The notes under the pieces: model-generated
What the model saw: the letters and a program-made list of their open reading frames with translations, nothing else
Told to the model about the DNA's origin: nothing
Databases searched by the model: none
Position numbers and translations under genes: made by a program
Assembly: GCA_965197585.1 (NCBI GenBank)
Contig: OZ240215.1
Span: 832,001 to 896,000, forward strand
From: Dehalococcoidia bacterium
Lineage (GTDB): Bacteria; Chloroflexota; Dehalococcoidia; Plut-88900
Length of the DNA stretch: 64,000 bases
Reading direction: 5' to 3'
Part shown: in pieces, positions 9,987 to 19,494 of the stretch
Numbering within the stretch: the stretch's first letter is position 1
Layout: every line of letters starts with the position of its first letter

Positions 9987-12900
9987 ATGGACGAACTGTT
10001 TGGAGTCCCAATAGAGCGCTACGCCTTAGTGCTCGGCATAGTCTTCATAGTGTTCGCGGCGGTACTGCTGTTCATCCTTTTCCGTAATCCCATTCTGGTG
10101 AAGATGGCATTTCGGCAGGTGTTCAGACGCCCTGCCAGGGGCATTCTGGTGGTCGTGGGGCTGATGCTGGCTACGGCGATCATAATGAGTGCCTTTACCA
10201 CGGGGGATTCGATGACGTACAGCGTCAAGAGCAGCGTCATCCAGAACCTTCGAACTATGGATGAGCTGATACGGGTGGATGAGGACTCAGACCTGTGGCA
10301 GAGCCAGGCGGTGCCGGACGACTTCTCTGATGAGATTTTCACGGCCATAGCATCGGAGCTGGACCCTGACCAGGATGTGGACGGGCTACTGCCCGTAGTG
10401 GCTGAAACTGTGGCAGTTGTGAACCTTGAGTCGCAGCAGTTTGAGGCAAACGCCCTGATCACCGGCCTGGACCCGGCACGAGCCTCGACTTTCGACGAGG
10501 TGCTTGATATCGACGGTACACCTGTGGACATAGGCAGCCTGGGTGATGATGAGCTTTACCTGGACAGTGAGGGGGCGGAGGAGCTGGACGCGGAGGCCGG
10601 AGATGTTTTGCAGCTGTTCCTCGGGCCTCAGAGTTTCAGGGAGATGACCATTAAGGCGGTCATGGACGGGTGGTTCTTCAACAGCGGCCAATACCAGGTG
10701 GTGATGGCGGTGTCTCTTGAGCGCGCACAGGAGCTGCTGGACAAAGAAGGGCGGTTGTCCTACATCCTGGTCTCCAACACGGGGGACGATGAAGAGGGCG
10801 TGGAGTTGACGGAGTCAGTGGTGGGGAGACACGGTGATTTACCGCCCTTGGTGGACAACGGGCTTGAAATGCACGACGTGAAGCAGGAGGGCATAGATTT
10901 TGCCAATGAGTGGGGCAATCTGTTCCTGAGTTTCTTCACCGTATTTGGACTCTTTTCCATAGGCGTGGGGTTGCTGCTGATATTCCTGATCTTTTCGATG
11001 CTGGCCGCGGAGCGGAAGGCGGAATTGGGAATGTCCCGGGCCATAGGGATGAAGCGCGGGCATCTGATCAGGATGTTCATTGCGGAGGGGGCGATCTACG
11101 GGTTGGGGTCATCGGTGGTCGGGGTTTTAGTGGGTATCGTTCTGGGATACATTTTGGTGAAAGCCACGGCGGGCGCGATCGGCCAGGACGTTACATCCGA
11201 ATTCAGCCTCAGCACCCACGTTCAGCTGGTCAGTGTTTTGGTTGCGTTCTTCCTGGGTACAGTGGTGACACTGATCACTGTGGCGTTCGCGTCCTGGCGG
11301 ATAAGTCGGATCAACATAGTGAGAGCGATAAGGGATATACCGGAGCCTCGACATTCGCGGGCCACAAAGAAAGCCCTCGTAGGGGGGATCGTACTGATCC
11401 TCATCGGCCTATTGATAATGGTGTCAGGTTACAACACCGCAAACGCGGTATGGTTCTGGCTGGGTCCCTCCCTGGCCGTCTTGGGTGCAGCGATAGTCCT
11501 GCGATACTTTGGAGTGGCCCGCCGGTGGGCGTTGTCCGGAGCGGGCATTCTGCTCGTCATATGGTGGCTGCTCCCGCCATCGGCAGGGAGGGCTATCAGA
11601 GACGACTGGAGCAGCGATTTCACGGTGTTTTTCGTGACGGGTACGATGCTGGTGCTGGGAGCAGTGCTGGTTACGGTCAACAACACAGATTTCGTGCTTG
11701 GGCTAGTTTCTCGGACGGTAGGCCGGATAAAGGGATTCGCCCCGATCATCAAGTCGTCAATTGCTTACCCGCTCAGGTTCGGGTTCCGGACGGGGATATC
11801 AGTAGCGATGTTCGCGGTCGTGATCTATTCGGTTACGGTGATGAGTGTGGTGATCGAAGGGTTCAACGAACTCCTGGGAGATGAGGACAGACTGGGCGGC
11901 GGCTATCAAGTCATGGCCTTTTCGCTGAACGAGACCAATCCCGTCACCGACCTAACCGCGGCGATCGAGGCCAACCCGGACTTGGACTTCGTGAGTCGGG
12001 TGGATGGGAAGCCTTCGGTGGGGATACTGAGAAATATCTGGGAGGCAGAAGCCAGGCTGACGGACGGGACGGAGGACGGTTTTTCGGACACTATTCTTAC
12101 AGGGGTCGACGACGATTTCGCCGATTCGAACCTGTACCAGATCATGTTGTCAGCGCCTGAATACCTGGAGGATGGAGATGTAGACACCCGGAAGCTGTGG
12201 AGAGACGTCAAAGAGAAACCTGGGCTGGCGGTTGTCAATTCCTTCCTGGTGCCATCCAGAAGCGACTTCCAGTTCGACGTGGATGCGGAAAGGTTTACGC
12301 TGGCTGGAGTGGAGGGCCTGTTCCAGGAAAACGACTACATTGACCCCGTGCAGATAGAGGTCCGGGACCTGAGGAGCAATACCACGGTTGAGCTTACGGT
12401 TGTAGGTGTTTTCGACGACTTTGCGTCCCAGGGGCTGCTTCCGGTAGCGGTATACACATCGACGAGACTACTGGATGCCCAGTTGCCCAGGGACGTTGAT
12501 CCCAACCAGTTCTTCTTCAACGTGGAACCTGGAACGGAGGATGCTGCGCAGAAGATTGAGGCGGAGTTCTTCACCAACGGGATGGAGACCCTGGACATTA
12601 AAGAGGTGATCGATGGGCTTCAGGGTTCCAACCGCGCCTTTACAAACTTGTTGCTTGCTTTCATGTCCCTGGGTCTGGTAGTAGGAATTGCGGCGCTGGG
12701 TGTTGTCAGTGCGAGGGCAGTGGTAGAACGTCGGCACCAGATAGGAGTGCTGCGGGCTATTGGTTATTCGAGGGGGATGGTGCAGCTGTCATTCCTCCTG
12801 GAGTCATCGTTTATCGCATTGCTGGGGATCGGGCTTGGCCTGGTACTGGGGCTGCTGACTTCGATAAACGTGATCAGCTCTATCCGGTACGAGGAATCTG

Positions 12901-13037
12901 ACATCAGGCTGGTAGTGCCGTGGGCACAGGTGCTGCTGATAGTGGTAGTTGCCTACGTACTGTCCCTGCTCACGACGTTCCTTCCAGCGAGAAGTGCGGG
13001 CCGGATCGCGCCTGCGGAAGCCCTGCGATACGAATAG
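9987..13037 (+). CDS. FtsX-like ABC permease (two permease domains)
   Basis: Two ERxxE/QxGxxRAIG motifs; ends PARSAGRIAPAEALRYE; large extracytoplasmic loops. Confidence 0.9.
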   Translation: MDELFGVPIERYALVLGIVFIVFAAVLLFILFRNPILVKMAFRQVFRRPARGILVVVGLMLATAIIMSAFTTGDSMTYSVKSSVIQNLRTMDELIRVDEDSDLWQSQAVPDDFSDEIFTAIASELDPDQDVDGLLPVVAETVAVVNLESQQFEANALITGLDPARASTFDEVLDIDGTPVDIGSLGDDELYLDSEGAEELDAEAGDVLQLFLGPQSFREMTIKAVMDGWFFNSGQYQVVMAVSLERAQELLDKEGRLSYILVSNTGDDEEGVELTESVVGRHGDLPPLVDNGLEMHDVKQEGIDFANEWGNLFLSFFTVFGLFSIGVGLLLIFLIFSMLAAERKAELGMSRAIGMKRGHLIRMFIAEGAIYGLGSSVVGVLVGIVLGYILVKATAGAIGQDVTSEFSLSTHVQLVSVLVAFFLGTVVTLITVAFASWRISRINIVRAIRDIPEPRHSRATKKALVGGIVLILIGLLIMVSGYNTANAVWFWLGPSLAVLGAAIVLRYFGVARRWALSGAGILLVIWWLLPPSAGRAIRDDWSSDFTVFFVTGTMLVLGAVLVTVNNTDFVLGLVSRTVGRIKGFAPIIKSSIAYPLRFGFRTGISVAMFAVVIYSVTVMSVVIEGFNELLGDEDRLGGGYQVMAFSLNETNPVTDLTAAIEANPDLDFVSRVDGKPSVGILRNIWEAEARLTDGTEDGFSDTILTGVDDDFADSNLYQIMLSAPEYLEDGDVDTRKLWRDVKEKPGLAVVNSFLVPSRSDFQFDVDAERFTLAGVEGLFQENDYIDPVQIEVRDLRSNTTVELTVVGVFDDFASQGLLPVAVYTSTRLLDAQLPRDVDPNQFFFNVEPGTEDAAQKIEAEFFTNGMETLDIKEVIDGLQGSNRAFTNLLLAFMSLGLVVGIAALGVVSARAVVERRHQIGVLRAIGYSRGMVQLSFLLESSFIALLGIGLGLVLGLLTSINVISSIRYEESDIRLVVPWAQVLLIVVVAYVLSLLTTFLPARSAGRIAPAEALRYE

Positions 13038-13106
13038 TTTGGGGAACACTCCCAGACCGTCGCAATGGCGGCCTCGCCCCTCTTGATTCCCTAAGGGAAC
13101 AGCCTA

Positions 13107-14888
13107 CTAGACGCGCCCTAACTCCACACCCAGATCATAGGTCCAGTCTATGGGCCCCCGCTCTAAGCGGACCTCTTCTCTGAGAGACTCGGTTGCGGAG
13201 ATGTCTACGGACTTGGCCGAGGGGTTAATGACTACGCCGTAGTCGGCGCGGGCGGACTCTAGAGAAATGCGGCTGTCCAGATAGTCTCGGAGGACTTTCT
13301 CGGGGGGACGGTTCAAGGGGTCTCCGAATCCTGCGCCGCCGGCGGTGAAGGCGTGAAGCTGGTCTCCCGCGCTGAGTCTTAGGATTGCCTTGGGGGGCAC
13401 GATCTCCACCCGGCCGTCCTTGCGAATGATCATGGCGTTGGTCTTACTGCCGGGAAGGCCGCCGAACAGGCCCCAGGGCGGCAGGGTGTGCCGCTCTCCC
13501 CTGTAGGTGATAGTGGCCTCACCGCGTGCGACCTCAAAGACTTTTTCAAGGCCCAGGCCGCCCCGGAACTCGCCTGCGCCGCCGGAATCATTCCATAGGT
13601 TGGACTTGAGAATGCGGAGAGGGTGGTCCATTTCAAGGGCCTCGGCGGGAACGTTCATGCAGTTGGAGACATCAGTCTCGATTGCGTCTATGCCGTCGGC
13701 GTTGGGCCGGGCGCCCATTCCCCCAGCCCCGAGCTCGCTGGCGACATAGGGCTTGTTATTTGCCGGATCGATGCCGCCGAGGGCCAGGACGAGGAGCTGA
13801 CCGGAGGATGCGGCGGGCAGCCTGTCGGGGACGGCCTGCACCATAGCGCCGTTCAGCACGTCGGTGATGCGCTTGACGGTAGCGGTACGAGAGTTGACGG
13901 GCGCAGGGTGGTCGGGGTTGACGATGCTGGCCTTGGGAAGGACTACGTTGATAGGTCGGAAGCAGCCGGAGTTGCTCATGATGTCTGAGCCGGTGACTGC
14001 GCGGACGATGTAAAAGACGGTGGACATAGTGGAGGCGGTAGGGGAGTTGAAAGGCCCTTTCACCTGGGGGCTGGAGCCGGTGAAGTCGACGGTGATGTTC
14101 GAGCCCCGGATGGTAATTGTGGCTTTGATCAGCCGTCGAATATCCATCTCGATGCCATCGTTGTCGAGGTAATCCTCGAAGGAGTAGGTGCCGTCGGGGA
14201 TCTGTTCCAGGACTTTGCGGGTGGCCTTTTCGGAGTTGTCGAGTAAGGCGGCCATGGCCTCGACCAGGGTTTCTTCAGAATACTCGGTGAGGAGGGAGGC
14301 AATCTGGGTCTTGGCGACGTGGCAAGCTGCAAGCTGAGCCCGCATGTCTCCAATGACCATGTCGGGGATACGGATGTTGTTGCGGAGAATCTCGTGGAGG
14401 GTGTGGTTGGGTACACCGGCCTCGTAGAGCTTGAGGGGAGGTATTATCAGGCCTTCCTGGAATATCTCCGTGGCGTCGGGGGGGATGCTGCCGGGCGTCT
14501 TACCACCGAGGTCCTGGTGATGGGCGATGGTGCAGCCGAAGACGATTGGCTTTCCGTTGTGGAAGACTGGGGTGATGATAGTGACGTCGGGGAGGTGGGT
14601 ACCGCCTCGATAGGGGTTATTGAGGATGTAGGCGTCGCCCTCCTGCATGGTGCCGGGGGGATAGGTGGCGGTGATGGACTTGACGGCGGGTATAAGGCTC
14701 CCAAGGTGAATCGGGATAGAGTTGCCCTGGGCGATGGTGTCGCCGTTGATGTCGAATATAGCGGTGGAGGCGTCGAGGCCCTCTTTGATTACGCTGGAGT
14801 AAGAGCTTTTGAGGAGTGTCATCTCCATCTCGTCCGCGATGGACTGGAGACGATGACGGATGACTTCGAGAGTGATTGGGTCGATCAT
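13107..14888 (-). CDS. Hydantoinase B/oxoprolinase family protein
   Basis: MIDPITLEVI start; NNPYRGGTHLPD, HHQDLGG, EIFQEG and SGGAGEFRGG motifs; ATGA overlap with upstream LLM gene. Confidence 0.92.
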   Translation of the reverse strand: MIDPITLEVIRHRLQSIADEMEMTLLKSSYSSVIKEGLDASTAIFDINGDTIAQGNSIPIHLGSLIPAVKSITATYPPGTMQEGDAYILNNPYRGGTHLPDVTIITPVFHNGKPIVFGCTIAHHQDLGGKTPGSIPPDATEIFQEGLIIPPLKLYEAGVPNHTLHEILRNNIRIPDMVIGDMRAQLAACHVAKTQIASLLTEYSEETLVEAMAALLDNSEKATRKVLEQIPDGTYSFEDYLDNDGIEMDIRRLIKATITIRGSNITVDFTGSSPQVKGPFNSPTASTMSTVFYIVRAVTGSDIMSNSGCFRPINVVLPKASIVNPDHPAPVNSRTATVKRITDVLNGAMVQAVPDRLPAASSGQLLVLALGGIDPANNKPYVASELGAGGMGARPNADGIDAIETDVSNCMNVPAEALEMDHPLRILKSNLWNDSGGAGEFRGGLGLEKVFEVARGEATITYRGERHTLPPWGLFGGLPGSKTNAMIIRKDGRVEIVPPKAILRLSAGDQLHAFTAGGAGFGDPLNRPPEKVLRDYLDSRISLESARADYGVVINPSAKSVDISATESLREEVRLERGPIDWTYDLGVELGRV

Positions 14889-16081
14889 GAGGCCACCGTC
14901 CTTTCTGCTGGTTTCTCGGCCTGCTTGGTGAAGGCAGGCATGACTTCCTTGCCGAACCGTTCCAGCTGCTCCATCACGACCGCGTGAGGGGTGCCGATGG
15001 CGTTGCCGGCGTTGATGCGCTCTAGGCCAGGGTACATCTCCTGGACCTTCATAAGCTGCTCGATAATGAAATCGGGTGGGCCGCACAGCCAACCTCCTCG
15101 TGCAGCATCATCCTCGATCTTCGGCAGGTCGGCGAAGGGGGCCTTCGCGGGGTCGCCGAGGATCTCGATCTGCTCGGGGGTAATGCCCCGACGCATGTTG
15201 AGCGGGGCAAACATCTTCATGTCCTCGTAGTAGTAGTCACGGGCCTCCTGGATCGCCCTTTCGGGGGTTTCGGCGATGTGGAAGGAGAAACCCATGAGGA
15301 GGTCGCCTCCTAGCTCGGTCTCCCGGCCGTGGGCGGCCAGGGTTTCCTGCCAGGTCCTTACGACCTTGTTGGATGCGCCACCCTGGGCCACGCCGCCGCC
15401 GATCACGCCCTGTATGCCGTGCTTCGCCATGAAGTTGAGGCCCCTGGGGTTGCCGCTGACGATGGGCTGCCAGCACTCGACGGGAAGGTTGACGGGCCGA
15501 GGGACGAGAGTAAGCTCTTCCAGTTCATAGCCGCGGTAGGGGACCTTGGCGGGGATGTCGTAGTACTTTCCGTGGTGGGTGAAAGACTCGTTGTTGAAAG
15601 CTTTAAAGATGATGTCGAGCTGTTCTTCAAAGAGGTCTCGGTTGGCGTCCTGGTCAAGGAGAGGGGCGTCGAAGACTTCAACCTCCCGGGTGTGGTAACC
15701 CCTGCCGACGCCGAAGGTGACACGGCCTTTTGTGAGGACGTCGGCGGTGGCGTAGTCCTCGGCGAGGCGGAGAGGGTGCCACATGGTGGTGATGTTGAAC
15801 CCGGAGCCTATTTTGAGCTTCTTGGTGATGCTGGTCAGGTGCATGGCGAGCATCAGGATGTTGGGGATGCACTCGTAGCCTTCACGCTGGAAGTGGTGCT
15901 CGGCGAGCCATAGCGTGTGGTAGCCGAGGTCGTCCATGAGCTTCGCCATGTCCTCGGCCCGGTCAAAGGCGGTTATCAAGTGCTCGTTGGGATAGAGGCG
16001 GTCGTTGACGGCGGGCGCCGAGAGACCGACAGTCTCCATGTCCACGTGACCCGCGAATAGGGTGCCGAATTTGGTAATCAT
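14885..16081 (-). CDS. LLM-class flavin-dependent oxidoreductase
   Basis: WLAEHHFQ, WHPLRLAED and GRVTFGVGRG motifs. Confidence 0.92.
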   Translation of the reverse strand: MITKFGTLFAGHVDMETVGLSAPAVNDRLYPNEHLITAFDRAEDMAKLMDDLGYHTLWLAEHHFQREGYECIPNILMLAMHLTSITKKLKIGSGFNITTMWHPLRLAEDYATADVLTKGRVTFGVGRGYHTREVEVFDAPLLDQDANRDLFEEQLDIIFKAFNNESFTHHGKYYDIPAKVPYRGYELEELTLVPRPVNLPVECWQPIVSGNPRGLNFMAKHGIQGVIGGGVAQGGASNKVVRTWQETLAAHGRETELGGDLLMGFSFHIAETPERAIQEARDYYYEDMKMFAPLNMRRGITPEQIEILGDPAKAPFADLPKIEDDAARGGWLCGPPDFIIEQLMKVQEMYPGLERINAGNAIGTPHAVVMEQLERFGKEVMPAFTKQAEKPAERTVAS

Positions 16082-16250
16082 GGGTTTGCTCCTTCACTCT
16101 CGGGGCTAAGGACTTGGAAGGCTCGGCATTGGACTTTTTCGTTGTTCTGGACACATATTTCCACTATCGTTGCCGACCTCGAGAATATGTACCGGATATA
16201 CGTAGATATCGCCTGCCTGCGTCTGTTTCGTGTGCCTCGATGCTCATTAG

Positions 16251-16655
16251 CTAGAAACCCAGCAGGTCAAACAAGTCATCCTCTCTCATAGCACGCCGCT
16301 TCCTGGCAGCTTCCTTCGCAAGCTCTTTCGTTATCTTATTGAAGTGCCTCCGCCGAATGACGCGTGTAGGAGGCTCCTTAGCCTTACTTGCGGGAGATAA
16401 CTCGTACAGGTTGCGAAACTCCGCGTTTGTTAGGTTGGACTTACACTTGTTACAAGGGCCACAAATCAACTGGAAATTCCCCAATGTATCGCGCCCATCA
16501 CGTGAGAACGGAGTCTTGTGGTCGGCCTCGAAGTAATCGATTTCCAACTTGATGCCGCAGTACATACAGCGACCCTTTTGCTTCTCATAGAGATGTAGCT
16601 TAACGTCTTTGGGGAATTTAATGCGGCGTCGGGGTTGCCCCCACCAGTCGAGCAT
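16251..16655 (-). CDS. Stand-alone HNH endonuclease
   Basis: CMYC...ADHKTPFSRDG...NFQLICGPCNKCK; AAGGAG RBS before ATG 16655. Confidence 0.85.
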   Translation of the reverse strand: MLDWWGQPRRRIKFPKDVKLHLYEKQKGRCMYCGIKLEIDYFEADHKTPFSRDGRDTLGNFQLICGPCNKCKSNLTNAEFRNLYELSPASKAKEPPTRVIRRRHFNKITKELAKEAARKRRAMREDDLFDLLGF

Positions 16656-16794
16656 GTGGGTCTCCTTTACTTGTATCCGCCAAAGATTGCGTGGCCTGCG
16701 TACATCCAGAAACAATCTACTTTGCTGAAGCCCGCGTCGCGGGAGCCAGTTTAGCTGATTGGAGAGTGGCGATGGTTGATCATAGGACTCGGGT

Positions 16795-17391
16795 CTAGGG
16801 TCTGCCTTCTGGGGCGGCGGTGAGGTGTCCCGTGGGGATGTCCGTGAAGGTCCGGCGGAACCTGTAGAGGGTGACCTCCGGCTCGATGGGCATGACGGGG
16901 TATTCCTCGCCCTCATCGATCTTGGCGTTGATGAACCATGGTCCGTCTTCTGCCAGAGCGTGCACCAGGACGCCTTCCAGCGACTCCAGGTCTCGGACGG
17001 TGGCTGTTTTTTCGATACCGCAACCTGCCGCAACTTTTTCAAGATCGGTGGAGAAGGCAGTGTGAGTTTTCTGGTGCCCGGTCTGGCACCACTCTTCGTT
17101 GTCCCAGGCTATGACGACAAGGTTCTTGGGGTTTTCGCGGGCTATGGTTGCCAGCGTGCCCATGTTCATCAGGAGGGAGCCGTCTCCGTCGAGAGAGACG
17201 ATCTTCTCATCGGTGGAGAGGGCCATGCCGAGGGCCATGGACGAGCAGAGGCCCATGGATCCGTAGGTGTAGAAGTTGCGGTCCCGGTGGCCGGATATCC
17301 AGAGCTCATCGGTTGTCGGGCCTAGGTTTGAAATCACCACCTCGTCGTTGAGGTGAGACAGGATCATCTTGGTGGCGTCTAATCTAAGCAA
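16795..17391 (-). CDS. comE: Sulfopyruvate/phosphonopyruvate decarboxylase beta subunit-like (TPP-binding)
   Basis: GSMGLCSSMALG and DGDGSLLMNMG...DN TPP motif; TTG start overlaps alpha-subunit stop. Confidence 0.78.
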   Translation of the reverse strand: MLRLDATKMILSHLNDEVVISNLGPTTDELWISGHRDRNFYTYGSMGLCSSMALGMALSTDEKIVSLDGDGSLLMNMGTLATIARENPKNLVVIAWDNEEWCQTGHQKTHTAFSTDLEKVAAGCGIEKTATVRDLESLEGVLVHALAEDGPWFINAKIDEGEEYPVMPIEPEVTLYRFRRTFTDIPTGHLTAAPEGRP

Positions 17392-17893
17392 GCTTGCCTC
17401 CGTGGAGCAAGGGTGTAAGGCAAAAGGCGACGGGCTCGCGGCTGCTGTAGCATAGCTTGAGTCCCCCGCCGACGGTCTTGTCGAGGTTGCGGTCTGTGTC
17501 GAGGGTGTAGAAGGGAATGTTGAGGACGTCCAGGATGGGTCGGGTGGCCCTGCCCATGGGGACCTGGGCAATGTTGAACTCCCCGACCTCGCCGCGAAGG
17601 TTAATGAATATGGGGATGGGGAAGCGGCAGGGGATGCAGAGGCTGCAGATGGCGTTTACGGAGTTGCCGAACCCGCTGGACTGCATGAATACGGCGGCGT
17701 TCCGCCCCGCGGCGAAGGCCCCGGCGGCGATGCCGATGGCCTCTTCTTCCCTGGTGGCGGCGATGACATGGAAATAGCGATCACTTTCCAGCAGGGAGGT
17801 AACTCTGTCGATACTGATGTCGGGGACGAAGACTATCAGGGATACTTCTTTCTTCTTCAGCTCTTCAACTATGGTCTCGGCCCAGTTAGGCAT
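17384..17893 (-). CDS. comD: Sulfopyruvate decarboxylase alpha subunit-like
   Basis: VPD, TREEEAIGIAAGA, MQSSGFGN and QVPMG motifs. Confidence 0.8.
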   Translation of the reverse strand: MPNWAETIVEELKKKEVSLIVFVPDISIDRVTSLLESDRYFHVIAATREEEAIGIAAGAFAAGRNAAVFMQSSGFGNSVNAICSLCIPCRFPIPIFINLRGEVGEFNIAQVPMGRATRPILDVLNIPFYTLDTDRNLDKTVGGGLKLCYSSREPVAFCLTPLLHGGKLA

Positions 17894-17931
17894 AAAGGTG
17901 CAATCTCCGAATCTAAGGTTTTGGGTCGGGG

Positions 17932-19110
17932 CTAGGGGCCTGCGGCTACGTTTTTGACGTAGTCGGCCTTGGCCTTTTCCATGGCCTTGGTATTGAGGGC
18001 AACGAGCTCCGCACGTTTCTTGACTGACCATTCCCGGGACTCGTGGAGGCTGGTTACCGAGCCCTGGAAGCGGGGCATGACGTAGCGGGCAAGGAGCTCG
18101 TAGCTGTGGAGAACCTGCTCTCGGGTGCCCCACTCGGTGGCCTGAATGAGGAGTCTTCCAAACCCGCCCGACTCCTCTTCGAGGCGGAGGATGGTGTCTA
18201 CGAGATCGTCGGGGGTGCCGACGCACCAGTTGTTGGTGGCCACCATGTGGTCGATGATCTTGTCCTGTGGCCCGTCGAAGGCCTTGGGCAATCCGAGCGT
18301 ATCTTCGAAATACTCTTTCTGATAGCGGCCCGAGGCCTCTCGGGCCTGCTCCATGGCCTCCTTGCGGCTCTCGGCGAGGTGGACGTGGATGACGATGCCC
18401 CAGTCGTCCCGGCTGACGGTATTGCCGTACTTGTCGGCGGTCTCCTCGGCGATGTCCCAGAACTTGGCGAGGTCGGGGGCTGCAGCGCCGGGGACCGAGA
18501 TGGTGTTCAGGGAGAGGACGGCGAGGCCGTACTTACCGGCGCAGACCATTCCGGCGGGGGAGTAGGATGCCGCAACGGCGACCGGGATGTGGGGCAGAGT
18601 ATATGGACGAAGGTGAACGGTGGCCTCCTTGAGGGTAAACCAGTCGGCTTCATAGGTGATGGGGTCGGTCTCGGTCCAGAGGCGTAGGATGATGTTGAGG
18701 GCCTCATCCATGCGCTGGCGCTGGAGAGGAGGGTCGATGCCGAGCATGAAGGCATCGCCGACAAGGGCCCCGGGCCCGACCCCCATCATCACTCTGCCTC
18801 GGGTCATGTGGTCGAGTTGGATCATGCGGTTGGCGACCATGAGGGGATGATGGTAGGGAAGGCTGAGGACGCCCGTGCCCAGCTTGATGTGCTTGGTGCG
18901 CTGGGCGGCGGCCCCGATGAAGATCTCCGGGGAAGCGATGGTCTCCCAGCCGCCGCTGTGGTGCTCGCCGATCCAAGCCTCGTCGTAGCCCAGCTGGTCG
19001 AGCCACTCCAGCAATTCCATGTCGCGTTCGAAGGAGAGGGTAGGATTTTCGGCGGCCCAATGGAAGGGGGCCATGAAAATGCCGAACTTCATGCGTGCGG
19101 GCAGTGTCAT
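17932..19110 (-). CDS. LLM-class flavin-dependent monooxygenase
   Basis: FGIFMAPFH, WIGEHHSGGWE and HPLMVANR motifs. Confidence 0.92.
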   Translation of the reverse strand: MTLPARMKFGIFMAPFHWAAENPTLSFERDMELLEWLDQLGYDEAWIGEHHSGGWETIASPEIFIGAAAQRTKHIKLGTGVLSLPYHHPLMVANRMIQLDHMTRGRVMMGVGPGALVGDAFMLGIDPPLQRQRMDEALNIILRLWTETDPITYEADWFTLKEATVHLRPYTLPHIPVAVAASYSPAGMVCAGKYGLAVLSLNTISVPGAAAPDLAKFWDIAEETADKYGNTVSRDDWGIVIHVHLAESRKEAMEQAREASGRYQKEYFEDTLGLPKAFDGPQDKIIDHMVATNNWCVGTPDDLVDTILRLEEESGGFGRLLIQATEWGTREQVLHSYELLARYVMPRFQGSVTSLHESREWSVKKRAELVALNTKAMEKAKADYVKNVAAGP

Positions 19111-19160
19111 GAATCCCTCCTCTTTACCGGGGCACGTTGCGCTCGACGAAACACCTGGCG

Positions 19161-19189
19161 AGTATGCTTTTGGATGGGGCGGTTGTCAA
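19161..19189 (-). promoter_or_regulatory. Sigma70 promoter for the LLM-comDE genes
   Basis: TTGACA-17 nt-CATACT on the minus strand. Confidence 0.6.
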
Positions 19190-19494
19190 TTGGGTGTACT
19201 CGTCAGGTAGGTTAGTGACACACCGGGGTTTTCTTCAGTCCTCCTTAGGCGGATGTTCCATCTTCGATTGTGGGGTGGGGTGGGGTTTTGTCTGTTGGGA
19301 GGGTTGACGATGGAAGACGCTGGTTGGTCGGTTTTGCCCCGTTTTGCTGGCGGATGTTGGGCTGCTCCGAGGCGTGGAAGCCCTGCCACCCCTAATGCTC
19401 GATGATAAACACGGACTTTCCGGGGAGATAGTCCGGCTGTGACCCCGCCTCTGAATGCCCGCAGGCATGATGGGGGCCAGTGATCGGGCAGTAG

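Noticed and set aside
10910-11884. Long overlapping or antisense ORFs (e.g. 10910-11884, 21671-23074, 32382-33260, 41716-42915, 48654-49616)
   Set aside because: Shadow frames of well-supported genes, expected in GC-rich DNA, with no motifs.
16251-16655. HNH as an IscB/HEARO-associated nuclease
   Set aside because: Too short, with no PLMP or RuvC motifs and no evident omega-RNA next to it.
19413-19421. GGAAAGTCC resembling the RNase P RNA core
   Set aside because: Not conserved in copy B (GGAAGTGTCC), and the RNase P 3' signature is missing.
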